A DNA stretch of 64,000 bases from an uncultured Acidobacteriota bacterium. Its GTDB lineage: Bacteria > Acidobacteriota > UBA6911. The stretch lies in the NCBI GenBank assembly GCA_963827655.1, contig CAWHCF010000022.1:32001-96000 (forward strand), in the 5' to 3' direction. A model generated the notes under the pieces. That model searched no databases, was not told the origin of the DNA, and saw only the letters and a list, made by a program, of their open reading frames with translations. Made by a program: the position numbers and the translations under genes. Below are positions 52,893-64,000 of this stretch, in pieces (position 1 is the first letter of the stretch; each line of letters begins with the position of its first letter).

Positions 52893-55800
52893 ATGAAAAA
52901 CTCCGGCGGTCAGAAGCGAGGTCTGACGTCGAGAATGGTCTTGGGGACTCTGGTCATTTTCGTGACGTCAGTATGGCTATACTCCTCGGGAGATGTTTTC
53001 TACCTGGAAGCCGACCCGATGGCGGTCGATGCGCTACCCGGGCACCTGGTCACAGTCAGTCTGGCTCGGCCCGCGTCGACGCTTGAAGTCGATCTCGTCG
53101 TCAGGCTCGAGAGCCTGAATCCCGAGATCGCACTGGTTCCAGAGAGTGTCGTCATCCCTAGAGGCGCGACCAGTAGCCAGATCCCGGTGGCACCCCTGCG
53201 ATCAGGTACCGCCAATATCAGGGCCAGCGCCGAACTTTTCGGCGATGTGGTATTCACCATCAATGTTCTCGATGGTCCAGGCCCTCTCGAACAGGTCAAC
53301 CCTGAGACCATCCGGCTCAGGCTGGCCCGCGGAGAGACGGCCATGGTGCCGGTGTCGGTTCAGGTTCCCCCTGATACCATTCCTACCGTCGTGGATCTGG
53401 TATTTGCCGTCGACGGCCGAGCAAGCTTTACCGACGCCGTCACCAGACTGCAAGGGGCTGTTCCTGTACATCGTTTCTACCCTGAGAAGCACGTATCCGC
53501 GGATCAGTTTTTCTTTTGCGGTCACAAAGTTTCTGGACTACGGCGGCCCAGGCAAGATCTTCCATCGGGTCATAATTCCGGGCCCCGAAGGCGATTTTGA
53601 GCGCCCGTTCGCACTGATCGCCCCCGCAATGTCGGTGGAGACCACCGCCGGCGTCACGGCCCTCGCAGACGCCATAGGCGTTACGCTTCCCGGCGCTAGT
53701 GAGGCAAGCGCTTTCGCGAGCTACCTGGAAGCCCTGGTACAGATCGCGCAAGGGGCGGGTTTCGATGGAAACGACAATGGTTCCCGAACCGAAAGCGGTC
53801 CGGCAGGAGTTGCCGGAAGCGCCACCGCGCCCACAACACCCGGCTATCTCAACCCGGGAGCCAGCGGCGACGTGCCGCCATTCTCGACCAAGCCTGCGTC
53901 GGTTCCCAGCGCGGGAACTCTGGGCGGAGTCGGCTTCAGGGCGGGTTCTCAAAAGATCGTGTTGCTCGCAACCAACACCTATCCCGTTTCCCCTATCGCC
54001 CGGGGCCAGGGAGCCCCCGACGTCATTACGGGAGTCGGGGGAATCGAAGTCCCCAGCTCGGTTTTCCAGGAAGTGCAGACTTTTCCTCTTCTCGGTGTAT
54101 TTCAGAGTCAGAGATATGGGCCGGAGAGTGCGTCCGCGTCGGTGGCCGACCCAGTCAACTCCGTTGCGCCCAAGGGGGGCGCTACACTGCTCAACGTGTT
54201 TGACGTTCTCGCCGACATGAATATCGAGGTCGTATCGTTCTTCCAGATAAGCGAGCCCGCGCCACGCGGGTTAATCGACCCCAAGAATGTCCTGAGCGCC
54301 ATCGCGCAACTCACCGGCGCGCTCGACAGCAACCGCGTCCCTTTGACCTTCGAATTGATCGGCGGCAATGCTAGTCAGGTCGCGAATCAGATCGTGGAAG
54401 CGATCAGGCCCTTGCTGACCGGCCCCAAGAGAGTGACCCTGCGGGCCGTGGGCAATGACGAGAACTTTGGATTTGACTTTGCTCCTCAGGATGTAACGGT
54501 TCCGCCCGGAGGACAGGCCCAGTTCGTGACCAGGATTACGGGAACCGGCGAGGCCGGCATGTTTGAAATCCACTTCGTGACCGAAGACGGGGCCGTGATC
54601 GGACGAATTCCGGTCTCGATCAATCAAGATGATGGTGGCGCTCCCGTGATCACCGGGATCAATCCATCGGCAGGGCCGGCCGGCACTCCGGTAACGATCA
54701 CGGGCACCGGCTTTTCTACCACTGCTTCGGAGATCCAGATAAGATTCGGCGACGTCCCGGCGCAGGTCACTTCGTCGACGCTGACCACCATCCAGACGGC
54801 CGTCCCGGCAGGAATGGTGGCAGGACCGGTCAACGTCGTCGTGACCGTCAGGGGCATGGCCAGCAATCCCTTCCCGTTCACGGTCCAGCACCGGATCACC
54901 TCGTTCACTCCCACGACCGGGCCCCCCGGCACGCCCTTCGTCATCCAGGGTACCGGGTTTGCGCCGACGGTCGGGGGCAATACCGTCACGTTCGGAACCG
55001 CGGCGGCAACCATAACCGCGGCCACCAATACTGAGATTCGCGGAACCGTGCCCAACCTGGCCGCGGGTCCCTATCCGGTGCGGGTAACGACCAATGGGGT
55101 AACCACCGACGTCGGGACCTTCACGGTCATTCTCATGCCGGTACTCGCCAACATTGTTCCGGACCGCGGCCCGGGCGGTACACCGTTCGCCATAACCGGC
55201 ACGGGGTTCTCCACCACGGTGGCCCAGAACACGATCACATTCACCGACACCCAGACCGGCGCGACCGCCAACGCAACCGTGACTTCGGCGACGGCTACCC
55301 AGTTGGAAGGCACGGTTCCAGTCCAGCTGGTCGCAGGCCCACACACCGTGAGAGTCACGGTCGTCGGCGGCCAACCGAGCTTGCCCTTGAATTTCACGGT
55401 GACGCCCCTGATAACCGCAGTCACTCCGGCAACGGCCGTTATTCTTCAGCAATTGCAGATCAGCGGCACGGGCTTCTCGCCCACGCTATCGGATAATGTG
55501 GTGACGCTCAACGGGCGCGCCGCCGTGGTCCTTCCGGCTTCGAGCGCTTCCACATTGGTGGTGATCGTGCCGCTGCGGCACTTCCGGCGCTGGAATCGAC
55601 GTGGTCGTGACGACGCGAGGAATCGCATCCAACACTTTCCGCGTTGCGCTGAGCCAGGTTCCTGGGATTCAAACTGTTTCCGGAATCTTCGAGACGCGCG
55701 AGAGGCTGGTTATTAGAATTACCGGCTTCCACGCGACCGGTAACCTCGCAAGCGCGGCGATTGTCATCCGGGACGGCGAACAACAGGTCCTTGCATTCCT

Positions 55801-55981
55801 CCCCGCCGTCACCCTCCCGACTGGCCAGACGGAGTTCAACCTCAGTGTGCCATTTGATAATGCAAATCATTTCACGGCTGCGATGACCGTAACTGTACAG
55901 ATCAGGGATACGGCCGGAAACGTAAGCCCCCTCGTTACCGGGCGGATCATCAATCCCGATATCAGGGGGAGCGTGCCATAG
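52893..55981 (+). CDS. Large surface protein: vWA-like domain plus four IPT/TIG repeats (frameshifts near 53455 and 55575)
   Basis: N-terminal hydrophobic segment; DLVFAVDGRASF, YLEALVQIA.G.G, GGVGFRAG; repeats P.I..I.P..GP.GT...ITGTGFS. Confidence 0.8.
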
Positions 55982-56076
55982 CCGTTTTAGAAACCTGGAG
56001 CCAGTGACAAAAGACGAGTGAAACAAAATTGCCATCCTGTCGCTCGTAATTCGCCACTCTAGTGAGGGAAGAGCCT

Positions 56077-57075
56077 ATGAGATCCACAACGAAAACGCGA
56101 GGAGCCTTGGCGCTGTTTCTGCTGGTCAGCTTGGTGCACCTGTGTGCCATTTCCGCCGCCGGAGGAGACCTGAAGAACCTTAGCCGCCCTTCCCTTAAAC
56201 CAGTTCTTCCTGAGCACATGACGCAGACTGCGCGATTGCCGCTTGCTGCGCAGCCTCTCGGAGTGGCCGCGACTATCGGAACTGTCGCGTGGACAAATCT
56301 GCAGCAAGCCACCCCCTCGTGGATCTGCACGACCGGCGGCAACTCGAGCGTCTCGCTCGATCTCAAAACGGGCGGGAGAGTATCGATACTGGAACGCAGC
56401 CGAGTCAACCTGCAGTTCCCGGAGGGCGATCCGGTGCTGACCCTGCTCGGCGGCTCGCTCCACCTCTCAGGATCGGAAGGCAACCGAGTTCGCATTCAGA
56501 CTTATGACGGAGTCTATCTACTCGAGTCGATGAGGCCTTACCAGACGCGGGTTTCCTGGCGCGCCGGACAGTTGGCCTTGAGCGGCGATTCCATCCGGAA
56601 GCTGGAGAATGAACGCTTGAGCGCGGCGGACCTGGGCTTGGAAATCCGTCCGGAAAATCCAAGTCTCGTGCTTTCGAGTGGAAAACCTCATCCGGTCGGG
56701 GCCGTAGTGACGGACGCCGCCGGACAGCCGCTCGCCGACGTTCCGATTCTATTCTCATCAAACTCCCAGTCAAACTCCCAGAACGATACCGCTTTCGAGT
56801 CTCATTTTCAGGGAGCCCGTCGGTAACCGCTCTGACCGATGAGAAGGGGGTCGCTGTGTCCAAAGTGACCGTGATCGGACACAATGGGTTTGGGAGCCAT
56901 CTTCGCAACCATCCCGGGAACGACCGCCACCGCAGCGCTGCCGGCCGATGTGAATCCCACGTCCAAGGGGGGAAAGGTCGCCGCGTGGCTGGTGTTTGCG
57001 GGGATTGTCGCGGTAAGCATCTTTTTTATACTGGATGCCGTCGACGAAGACGACCCTGTGCTGGAGCCTCGTTGA
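56077..57075 (+). CDS. Exported protein with Ig-like (Big_1-type) domain and C-terminal membrane anchor (two frameshifts)
   Basis: Signal peptide; VTDAAGQPLADVPILFS...TDEKGVA; AAWLVFAGIVAVSIFFIL tail. Confidence 0.6.
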
Positions 57076-57132
57076 TCAAGAAGGTACCCTGACGCGTTTT
57101 CGACATATTCAAACTTGCGGAGGTGCCGAATC

Positions 57133-59276
57133 ATGGTAAGGAAATCGAGTTCAACCTTAGCCGCAGTCATTGCAGTTCTTCTCCTGGCCGGAACTTCGCA
57201 TGCCCAGCAGACCGAGAAGAGACTGAGACTGAAGGCGGGCAGTGTTGATGGCACCACAGGTTTGTTCACGCACCTGGGACGCAGAGACGTTTAGAAAGGG
57301 TGAGTTTGACTTTTCGTTCGCCTGGGATCGCTACCATCGCGATCCGGGCATGTTGCGCTTCGATAATATCCCCTGGGGCTTCGCAGTTGGATTGGGCGAC
57401 CGGGTCGAGTTCTTCGGCTCGTATGAGGTCATGCGGCGCGTGAGAGCGTCCAACATCCGGGAGTATCGAGTCCTTCCGGACGCCCTTCCCGTGCCATCCT
57501 GGTCTCCGATGGGAGCGGCGCGATTCACCAACGAAGCCGCATTTATCGATGTTCCCGCGCTCGACCGCAATGGGAGACTTGCGTCTCGGGGCAAAGTTCA
57601 ACCTCCTTTCCGAGCGGCACTATGACGGCATCGGCCTGGCTGCTGTAACCTTCGTGAAAGTTCCATTCCTGGACTCGCCCACTCAGTTGAACCGGGGACT
57701 CGGCACCGGTGAGTGGGAAGGGGGCTGGGGGCTGCTCTTTTCAAAGAGAGCCGGTCGTGGCGCGGTATTTCACCTGAATTCAATGATCAACTGGGTGAGA
57801 GATCCCGAGCTGGAAGGGATTCAACTCGCTGACCTCCAGCCCGAGTTCTGGTTCCGCGCCGGCGCAGCCTTTCCAAGTTTATTCGAGTGCGGTCGGACAC
57901 GGGGTGCTCAATTTATTGCGGAGCTCGATAGCAAGATACACTTCGGCTCTCGAACATTCGGCGCCAATCCGCGCGATCCGATGGATCTTATTCTCGGAGT
58001 AAGGGGCTACCCGACCGAATGGATGAGTATCGGTGGAGCCTACCGCTACAGTCTCAACAAGCTGGATGACAACGCCGCTCTGGGAATCGAGGGTCGCGGA
58101 AAACACGGCTTCATAGCCCAGTTGACCTTTGGCAAGCGCTCCAACGATCCACCTACGGCTACATGCTCCGTCACAAATGCCACGATCAAGGAGGATGAAA
58201 CCACGACGGTGCGAGTCAGCGCCCTCGATCCCGATTGTGATCCTTTGACCTATACCTGGACGACGACCGGTGGCAAAGTAACCGGCACAGGCGATACGGT
58301 CACGTTCGACGCCACAGGCGTCCCGCCGGGCAAATACACGGTTACGGCTTCGGTTACTGACGGAAGGCACCCCCCCGTTACCTGCAGCTCCGAGATTACA
58401 GTCATAATGAAGAATCGCCCGCCCACCGTGGAGTGCGATCCCAAGGACCTCACGATCACGATTCCTGAGACCGGCAAGATCACGGCCAAGGCTACCGATC
58501 CCAACAACGATAAGTTGACCTACAGGTGGACGGTCGACGGCCAGCCGCTGGCGGCGGATACGGCGACCATCGAGTTCGGTTCGGAAGGCCGGAAGCCCGG
58601 CACCTATAAGGTAGCGGTAACGGTCAGCGATGGCGAACTGACTGCGGAGTGCTCGGTCACGGTCACGGTCCGCGAGCGACCCAACCGTCCGCCCACGATC
58701 GAGTGCCTGACCACGAGTGTCGATGTGGCTTCGGGCGGAACCGCGGAGCTGAGAGTGCGAACCGCGGATCCGGATAATGACAAGGTCACCGTGACCTGGT
58801 CGGCCACGGGCGGCACCGTCAGTGGAGCCGGCGACACCGCGACCTTCAACTCGACCGGGCTGAGAGCCGGAATCTACACGGTGACGGCAACGGTCGACGA
58901 TGGCCGCGGCGGACGCGCTTCGTGCAACATGACCGTCAATGTCGGCGAGCGTATCACGCTGCCGTGCGGCTTCCGTGCTGGCAGAGCGCGCCTGGATAAC
59001 AAGTGCAAGGCTGCTCTGGACGACATCGCCGTGCGCATGCAGAACGATACCCGTCTGCGCGCTCACATCATCGGCTACACGGATGACAGCCGGGGCGATA
59101 AGGGCCTTGGGATCAAGCGCGCTGAGGCGACGGCCGATTATCTCAGGAAGAAGCAAATCGACGGCTCACGCCTGACCACCAGCGATGGCGGCACATCCAA
59201 GCCAGTCGCCGACAACAAGTCGACTGCAGGACGCGCGGCCAATCGCCGCGTCGAAATCGAGTTCAGCGCGAAGTGA
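57133..59276 (+). CDS. OmpA-family outer-membrane protein with three PKD/Ig-like repeats (frameshifts near 57270 and 57565)
   Basis: Signal SHA-Q; beta-barrel-like N-terminus; repeats N.PPT..C...DP..D.LTY.W; IIGYTD, N....GRAANRRVEI. Confidence 0.88.
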
Positions 59277-59287
59277 CGCTCTCTGAC

Positions 59288-59329
59288 TCTTCGCGTCCTG
59301 GCGGGGTTGACCCCGCCAGGACGCGAAGA
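59288..59329. terminator. Near-perfect 42-nt palindrome between convergent genes, related to family A
   Basis: TCTTCGCGTCCTGGCGGGGT-TG-ACCCCGCCAGGACGCGAAGA. Confidence 0.7.
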
Positions 59330-59345
59330 CGCGAGGAGGGTGTTG

Positions 59346-60603
59346 TTACGCGGTTTTCCCTGCCGATCTGGGCGTCGCCCAGTGCTGCCGGTACTCGCGC
59401 CGGGTAAGGCGCCCGGCCTCTTCATCAGCGATTACGCTTTCGGTGCGAGGATCAAACTTCAGGACGCCGCCCGGTCCGGGCCACGATATTTCCCAGATGA
59501 GCGTGCAGCGTCGAGACATGCCCGATCTCGATTTCGGCGTTGGGCGCCTTGCGGTTGCGGATGCAATCGATGAAGTTTCTGGCATGAGTGTCGGGCGTCT
59601 CTTCTTCGGTTAGCACAAGCTTTCCCTTCGCGTCGAACACCTTGAAGCCGCGCCCGAGATGGACCATCCCCTCGGTGCCATAGACGGCGACGCCGTTCTC
59701 GATTCCGTCCATCCCATAGGGATTCCAGATCCGCATTTCAAACATCATCACCTTGTCCGGGTAATTGAAGGTGATGCTCATCGTGTCCGGAGTCTGCTGG
59801 TCGTCATCGAAAAACAGCTTCCTTCCCATTCCCGTGACCTCGGTCGGATAGTCCACTCCAAGCGCCCAGCGCGCGATATCGAGCTGGTGGACGCCGTCGT
59901 TGCCTATATCCCCGGTGCCGTAGTTCCAGTGCCAGTGCCACTGATAGTGGTAACGATTCTCGTTAAACGGCAGCATCAAAGCCGGACCGGTCCACGTATC
60001 GTAATCCACGCCTTTGGGAACCGGGCCGTCCTTCTTGCGTCCGATGTTTTCCCTGAGCTGCACGTTCCAGGCCTTGGCCATCAGGACCTTGCCGATCTTC
60101 CCGGACTGGATGTACTCGATGCCCTGCCGGGTCGATGACCGGCTTCTGGCTTGAGTACCGTGTTGAACAATTCGCTTGGAGCGCCGTGCGGCCTCCACCA
60201 TCATGCGTCCTTCCCGGAGGTTGTGCGCCGCCGGCTTCTCCACATAGACATCCTTGCCGGCATCGCAAGCAAGAATCGTGGCCGGGGCGTGCCAGTGATC
60301 GGGCGTGGCCATGACGATCGCATCTACGGATTTGTCGTCGAGCGCCCGGCGTATGTCGCCGATCAGCTTGGGTTGAAATCCCTTCGCCTGCGCGATCTTC
60401 AATGCCGGCCCAAACACGTTTTCGTCCACGTCGCAGAGGTAAGCGATCCGGGCGTCGGGAAGTTCGGCAAAGTTTGTCGTGAGGGCTCTTCCCCGACCGC
60501 GCACACCCATTACGGCAAGATTGACCTTGTCACTGGCGGGCATGCTATGTCTCATGGCGAGCGCGCCCGCGGCCACCGATTGGATGAAGTAACGCCGGTT
60601 CAT
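59346..60603 (-). CDS. Gfo/Idh/MocA oxidoreductase with Tat signal (frameshift near 59470)
   Basis: MNRRYF, ATPDHWHA, GKDVYVEKP, NDGVHQLD; C-terminus LTRREYRQHW in another frame. Confidence 0.92.
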
Positions 60604-60617
60604 AACAACCTCCCCTA

Positions 60618-60654
60618 CTTAGCGTTTCTTGGTGTCTTCGTGTCTTGGTGGTTG
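60618..60654. repeat. Family A half element
   Basis: CTTAGCGTTTCTTGGTGTCTTCGTGTCTTGGTGGTT. Confidence 0.75.
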
Positions 60655-60656
60655 TT

Positions 60657-62408
60657 TTACAGTTTCCCGCCGCTCCCCTTGACTGCGCGCGCGCCCTGGT
60701 TATCGCGTTGCGGTGGGTGATCGAGGTTGGCGACGCGGGCGCCGATTTCATAACCAAACTGCCCGATTCGCGCCATCTTTTCGTAGTTGATTTTCTCCGC
60801 GCTGTCGGTGTTGGTGTGGTAGTCGGAATGCAACCCGGTAGTCAAAAAAACGATCGGAATGCCTTTCGCAGCATAGCTGTAGTGGTCGCTGCGATAATAA
60901 ACCTGCTGTAAATCGGTCGGGTTGTTCAGCTCAAAATCAAGTTTTAGCGGCTTATCCAGCGATTCATTCGCGCTCACCGTAATGTTGTGAAGCTCGGTGC
61001 TGATGCGATCGGAGCCCACGAGGTAAATGGTGTTGGCTTCGTCCCCCTTGTCGTCGCGGTTCCGCCCCACCATGTCCATGTTGATGTGCGCAACGATGCG
61101 CTCAATCGGAACGGTGGGGTGATCCGCGAAGAAGCGCGAGCCCCAAAGCCCGCGTTCCTCGCCCGAGTGCCACACAAACAGCAGGGATCGCCGCGGCCGC
61201 GGCCCGAGTGCGAACGCCTTGGCCGCAGCCAGAATTGTTACCGTACCCGACCCATCGTCGTCGGCGCCGTTCCAGATGCGGTCGTCCCTGGCATCCTCGT
61301 TCACGCGCCCGCGCGGTTCGGCGCGCCGCTGGCCACCCGAAGTCTCGACCAGCTCCCCCTCCGAGTACCCTACATGATCGTAATGCGCCCCGAATGCCAC
61401 ATACGTGTCTTTCAGCTTCGGGTCGGTCCCCTCGACAATTCCGACGACGTTGCGGGTGAATTGAGTCCGTACGATCTTGTACTCCGCATCGAGATTGATG
61501 GTGATGGTCGTATTCTTGAAGGAGAACCCGGGAAGAGGCTCTCTGCGATTTACTTTTCCCTTCAAGTCGTCATAGTTCACATCTTGATTCTGAAACAGGA
61601 ACTTGAAGAAATCCTCCTGGGCTGAAACCGCAGGCGGGATGGGCGCGTCCAGTCGCTGGGCGGTGGTGAAGTCCGGACGCTCAATCGGCGGGCCGCCAGA
61701 GCCGCCCCGGCGCGAGTTTGACGAGGTTTCGGCAGGATCCGGCGACTCGGTATCGACAGGTCGCTCGTTGGGCGAGCGGGTCTCGGTTCGTCTGTTTCCG
61801 AGAACCGGCCCAATGCTGGCTAATGCGCCTTCCTGTTCGATCGCGTAGCGCGAACGGCTCGAGAGTGCCGAACGGTATTCTCGATCCACTTCCCGTGGGC
61901 CCTCCGGTCCCAGCCAGACTACGATCTTTCCCTTTTCGCTCTTGCCGGCATAATCGTTGTGCCCGACCAGCGGCGCGTTCAGTCCGTAGCCGACGAACTC
62001 GATCTGATCCGAAGAGAAGATTCGCTTGGCGCCGACATTTCTGGCAAAAATGACACCGTCGCCATTCTTGAATGTTCGGGTTTGGCCCCTGGTGCTAACC
62101 GTGATGGTCGAATGATTGTTGCTCTTGACGCCCAGGACACGAACCCTTTGAAAGTAAGATCCCCCATCTCCGCCCGGTCGCACCCCCCATGTCTTCATCT
62201 GGGCCGCAATATAAGCAGCGGCCAGCCCGAGCCCCTCGGAAAAAGTGCTCCTCCCTTCGAGCTCGTCCGAAGACAGGTAGGTCAACCATTCCCGCATTTC
62301 ATCCGTCTTGATCAGGTTTCGCCCGCCGTTCGCCGCAGGGTTGGCCAGAATAAAGGTCGCAATCAAAACCAATTGAGCGCAGATGGCGGTTGTTCGGCGA
62401 AAACTCAT
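60657..62408 (-). CDS. M28 family peptidase with PA domain
   Basis: GAHYDH, NGADDDGSG, GEERGLWGS, INMDM, RSDHY, DYH. Confidence 0.93.
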   Translation of the reverse strand: MSFRRTTAICAQLVLIATFILANPAANGGRNLIKTDEMREWLTYLSSDELEGRSTFSEGLGLAAAYIAAQMKTWGVRPGGDGGSYFQRVRVLGVKSNNHSTITVSTRGQTRTFKNGDGVIFARNVGAKRIFSSDQIEFVGYGLNAPLVGHNDYAGKSEKGKIVVWLGPEGPREVDREYRSALSSRSRYAIEQEGALASIGPVLGNRRTETRSPNERPVDTESPDPAETSSNSRRGGSGGPPIERPDFTTAQRLDAPIPPAVSAQEDFFKFLFQNQDVNYDDLKGKVNRREPLPGFSFKNTTITINLDAEYKIVRTQFTRNVVGIVEGTDPKLKDTYVAFGAHYDHVGYSEGELVETSGGQRRAEPRGRVNEDARDDRIWNGADDDGSGTVTILAAAKAFALGPRPRRSLLFVWHSGEERGLWGSRFFADHPTVPIERIVAHINMDMVGRNRDDKGDEANTIYLVGSDRISTELHNITVSANESLDKPLKLDFELNNPTDLQQVYYRSDHYSYAAKGIPIVFLTTGLHSDYHTNTDSAEKINYEKMARIGQFGYEIGARVANLDHPPQRDNQGARAVKGSGGKL

Positions 62409-62594
62409 GCTTTCTCCCTTCTTTCTGTGTCTCTTGTCAGGGAAAAAACTACCACAAAGGCGCAAAGACGCGAAGGCATCGCGCTGAAACCGCGGCCACT
62501 CAGAAATCACACTTTGGCTTCGGAATCTAGAATCCCGGCTCTGCCTCGAAAGCTTCATGTGGATCGTTCTCGAAAATTCTGTGTTGACCTCCAT

Positions 62595-62686
62595 CAGGAT
62601 TCAGGATCTAAGATTCAGGTCGTTTGCTACGCAAACAATTGCTGAGTCCCTAAATCCTAGATCCTAAATCCTAAATCCTGAATCCT
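62595..62686. repeat. Inverted heptamer arrays (AATCCTR type)
   Basis: CAGGATTCAGGATCTAAGATTCAGG ... CCTAAATCCTAGATCCTAAATCCTAAATCCTGAATCCT with central hairpin GTTTGC-TAC-GCAAAC. Confidence 0.8.
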
Positions 62687-64000
62687 AGAACACGATCTTG
62701 AGCTGCATGTGGATCGTTCTCGGAAGATTCTGTTGCACCAGGTTGAGCTGTCCCAGGCTCGACGATGTCGGCGATGTCGTGGCCAGACCGACGAACCAGG
62801 GATGGTTGAATACATTGATCATCTCAGTTCGGAACTGGATCTTTGCGCCTTCGGTCACAATGAAGTCTTTGAAGATCGAAAAGCTCACGTCGTATCGGGT
62901 AGGAAACTTTACGTCGGGGAAGATAGTGGGGAAATCACGCAACGTGTTCGGTGTCGGACTCCTGAAGATCGTGTTATCGAACCATCTCAACAAGGTCCTC
63001 TCGCTGGAGTCGAGCTTGGCGCTTTGCTCCACGGTCTTGGGTCCGGCGGGATGGTCGACCGGAAATCCGGAGAATATCTCCGAGTACCAATTCAGCTGCC
63101 ATCCTCCCAGCACCTGATGGGTCCATCCCGGAACATCCGATAGCCAACGCGCCCCTCTTCCGAAAGGAAGGCTCCAATACCCAGCCAGCGTGAACCGCTG
63201 CGGAGTATCCAATTCCCGCGCCAGTCTTCGTTCCAATCTCGACTGGTCGGGATCTGCCGGATTAAAGTCCTGCGGGTTCAGGAAATTGATCTCCTCCAGA
63301 GTCTTGGAAAGGGCGTAGCTGGCCACGACGCTGAAGCCCTGTGAAAAGCGTCTTATGACCTTGGCTTGCAGGGCGTGGTAGGAAGAATTTCCGATCGGGA
63401 TGTTGTTCAGGACGACGCTGGTGTATTGAGGGAACGGCCTGAGGAGAAAACTGCGCTGGATCGTAGGACCGTTCAGTGACGCGTTATCCGGCAGCAACCC
63501 GGCAAGCGGATTGGGAATTCTTTCAGCGTAGTAGCTATCGGGTTTGCCCAGCTCGGAGGCGGGAAGAACGTTTAACTCAACTCCCACGGGAAGCCGTTGC
63601 GTACGGTTGCCCACATAGGCAATGTCGCCTACCAGGTTCCAGGGAAGCTCGTGTTCGAGATCCAGTGAGAATGTATGTGCGTAGGGAAGGTCGCGGCCCA
63701 GGTAGTTGACCGCAACCCCGAGTCCAAGATTGGTGGCCGTTCCCAGCGAGTTCCCGATAGGTGCCAGCAAGGTTTGTGGAAACGGACTGCTCAGGGTGCC
63801 TCCCGGCTTCCCGAATTCGGTACTGGGGATCACCAGCGTATTGCGAGCGTATCCCTCGGTTCCGCCGGTCGCGCGCTGGCCCAGGTAATACATCCCATAT
63901 CCTCCCCGGACAACCATATGGCGGGTGAGTCGATACGCGGCACCCGCGCGCGGCTGCCAATTGTTGCGGTCCGGTTCAAAAGCCAGGCGCGCCTTCCCTT
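62685..64000 (-). CDS. TonB-dependent receptor, 3' part (continues beyond the window)
   Basis: NNWQPR.G.AY, VVRGGYG, FRTEMINVFNHP, PRTIHMQLKIVF. Confidence 0.9.
   Translation of the reverse strand, partial: GKARLAFEPDRNNWQPRAGAAYRLTRHMVVRGGYGMYYLGQRATGGTEGYARNTLVIPSTEFGKPGGTLSSPFPQTLLAPIGNSLGTATNLGLGVAVNYLGRDLPYAHTFSLDLEHELPWNLVGDIAYVGNRTQRLPVGVELNVLPASELGKPDSYYAERIPNPLAGLLPDNASLNGPTIQRSFLLRPFPQYTSVVLNNIPIGNSSYHALQAKVIRRFSQGFSVVASYALSKTLEEINFLNPQDFNPADPDQSRLERRLARELDTPQRFTLAGYWSLPFGRGARWLSDVPGWTHQVLGGWQLNWYSEIFSGFPVDHPAGPKTVEQSAKLDSSERTLLRWFDNTIFRSPTPNTLRDFPTIFPDVKFPTRYDVSFSIFKDFIVTEGAKIQFRTEMINVFNHPWFVGLATTSPTSSSLGQLNLVQQNLPRTIHMQLKIVF

Noticed and set aside
6260-55981. Integrin alpha-like (FG-GAP) and beta-like (vWA) proteins in one window as a bacterial integrin pair
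   Set aside because: They are about 45 kb apart in unrelated contexts, and both folds are common on their own.

Overview
GC-rich bacterial DNA whose gene content points to Acidobacteriota (inferred): four carboxypeptidase-regulatory-domain TonB-dependent receptors, a PSD1/DUF1501 pair, an ECF sigma factor with its Ser/Thr kinase, Tat-signal catabolic enzymes and sulfatases. About 20 genes are split by single-base frame changes, most likely long-read assembly errors, so they are annotated as joined genes. Ordinary content includes mtnB-mtnD-mtnC, tRNA-Asp(GTC), a GH42 beta-galactosidase, TreS-maltokinase, an aldehyde dehydrogenase, an M28 peptidase and two VapBC-type toxin-antitoxin (TA) pairs. 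Most notable: (1) an integrase-less, apparently tandem island at tRNA-Asp, with the tRNA 3' end and a downstream ~65-nt arm both repeated 7.5 kb away; (2) just beyond the second attachment site, a pseudokinase (HRD->HGG)/Pro-rich/TIR fusion that is a candidate immune effector; (3) a 7-blade FG-GAP propeller of near-identical repeats with a few hypervariable positions; (4) a candidate multi-stem leader RNA upstream of an operon encoding an ankyrin protein; (5) three families of REP/MITE-like repeats at gene junctions, plus several short 'echo' copies of nearby sequence. All family assignments come from motif recognition; no database search was run.
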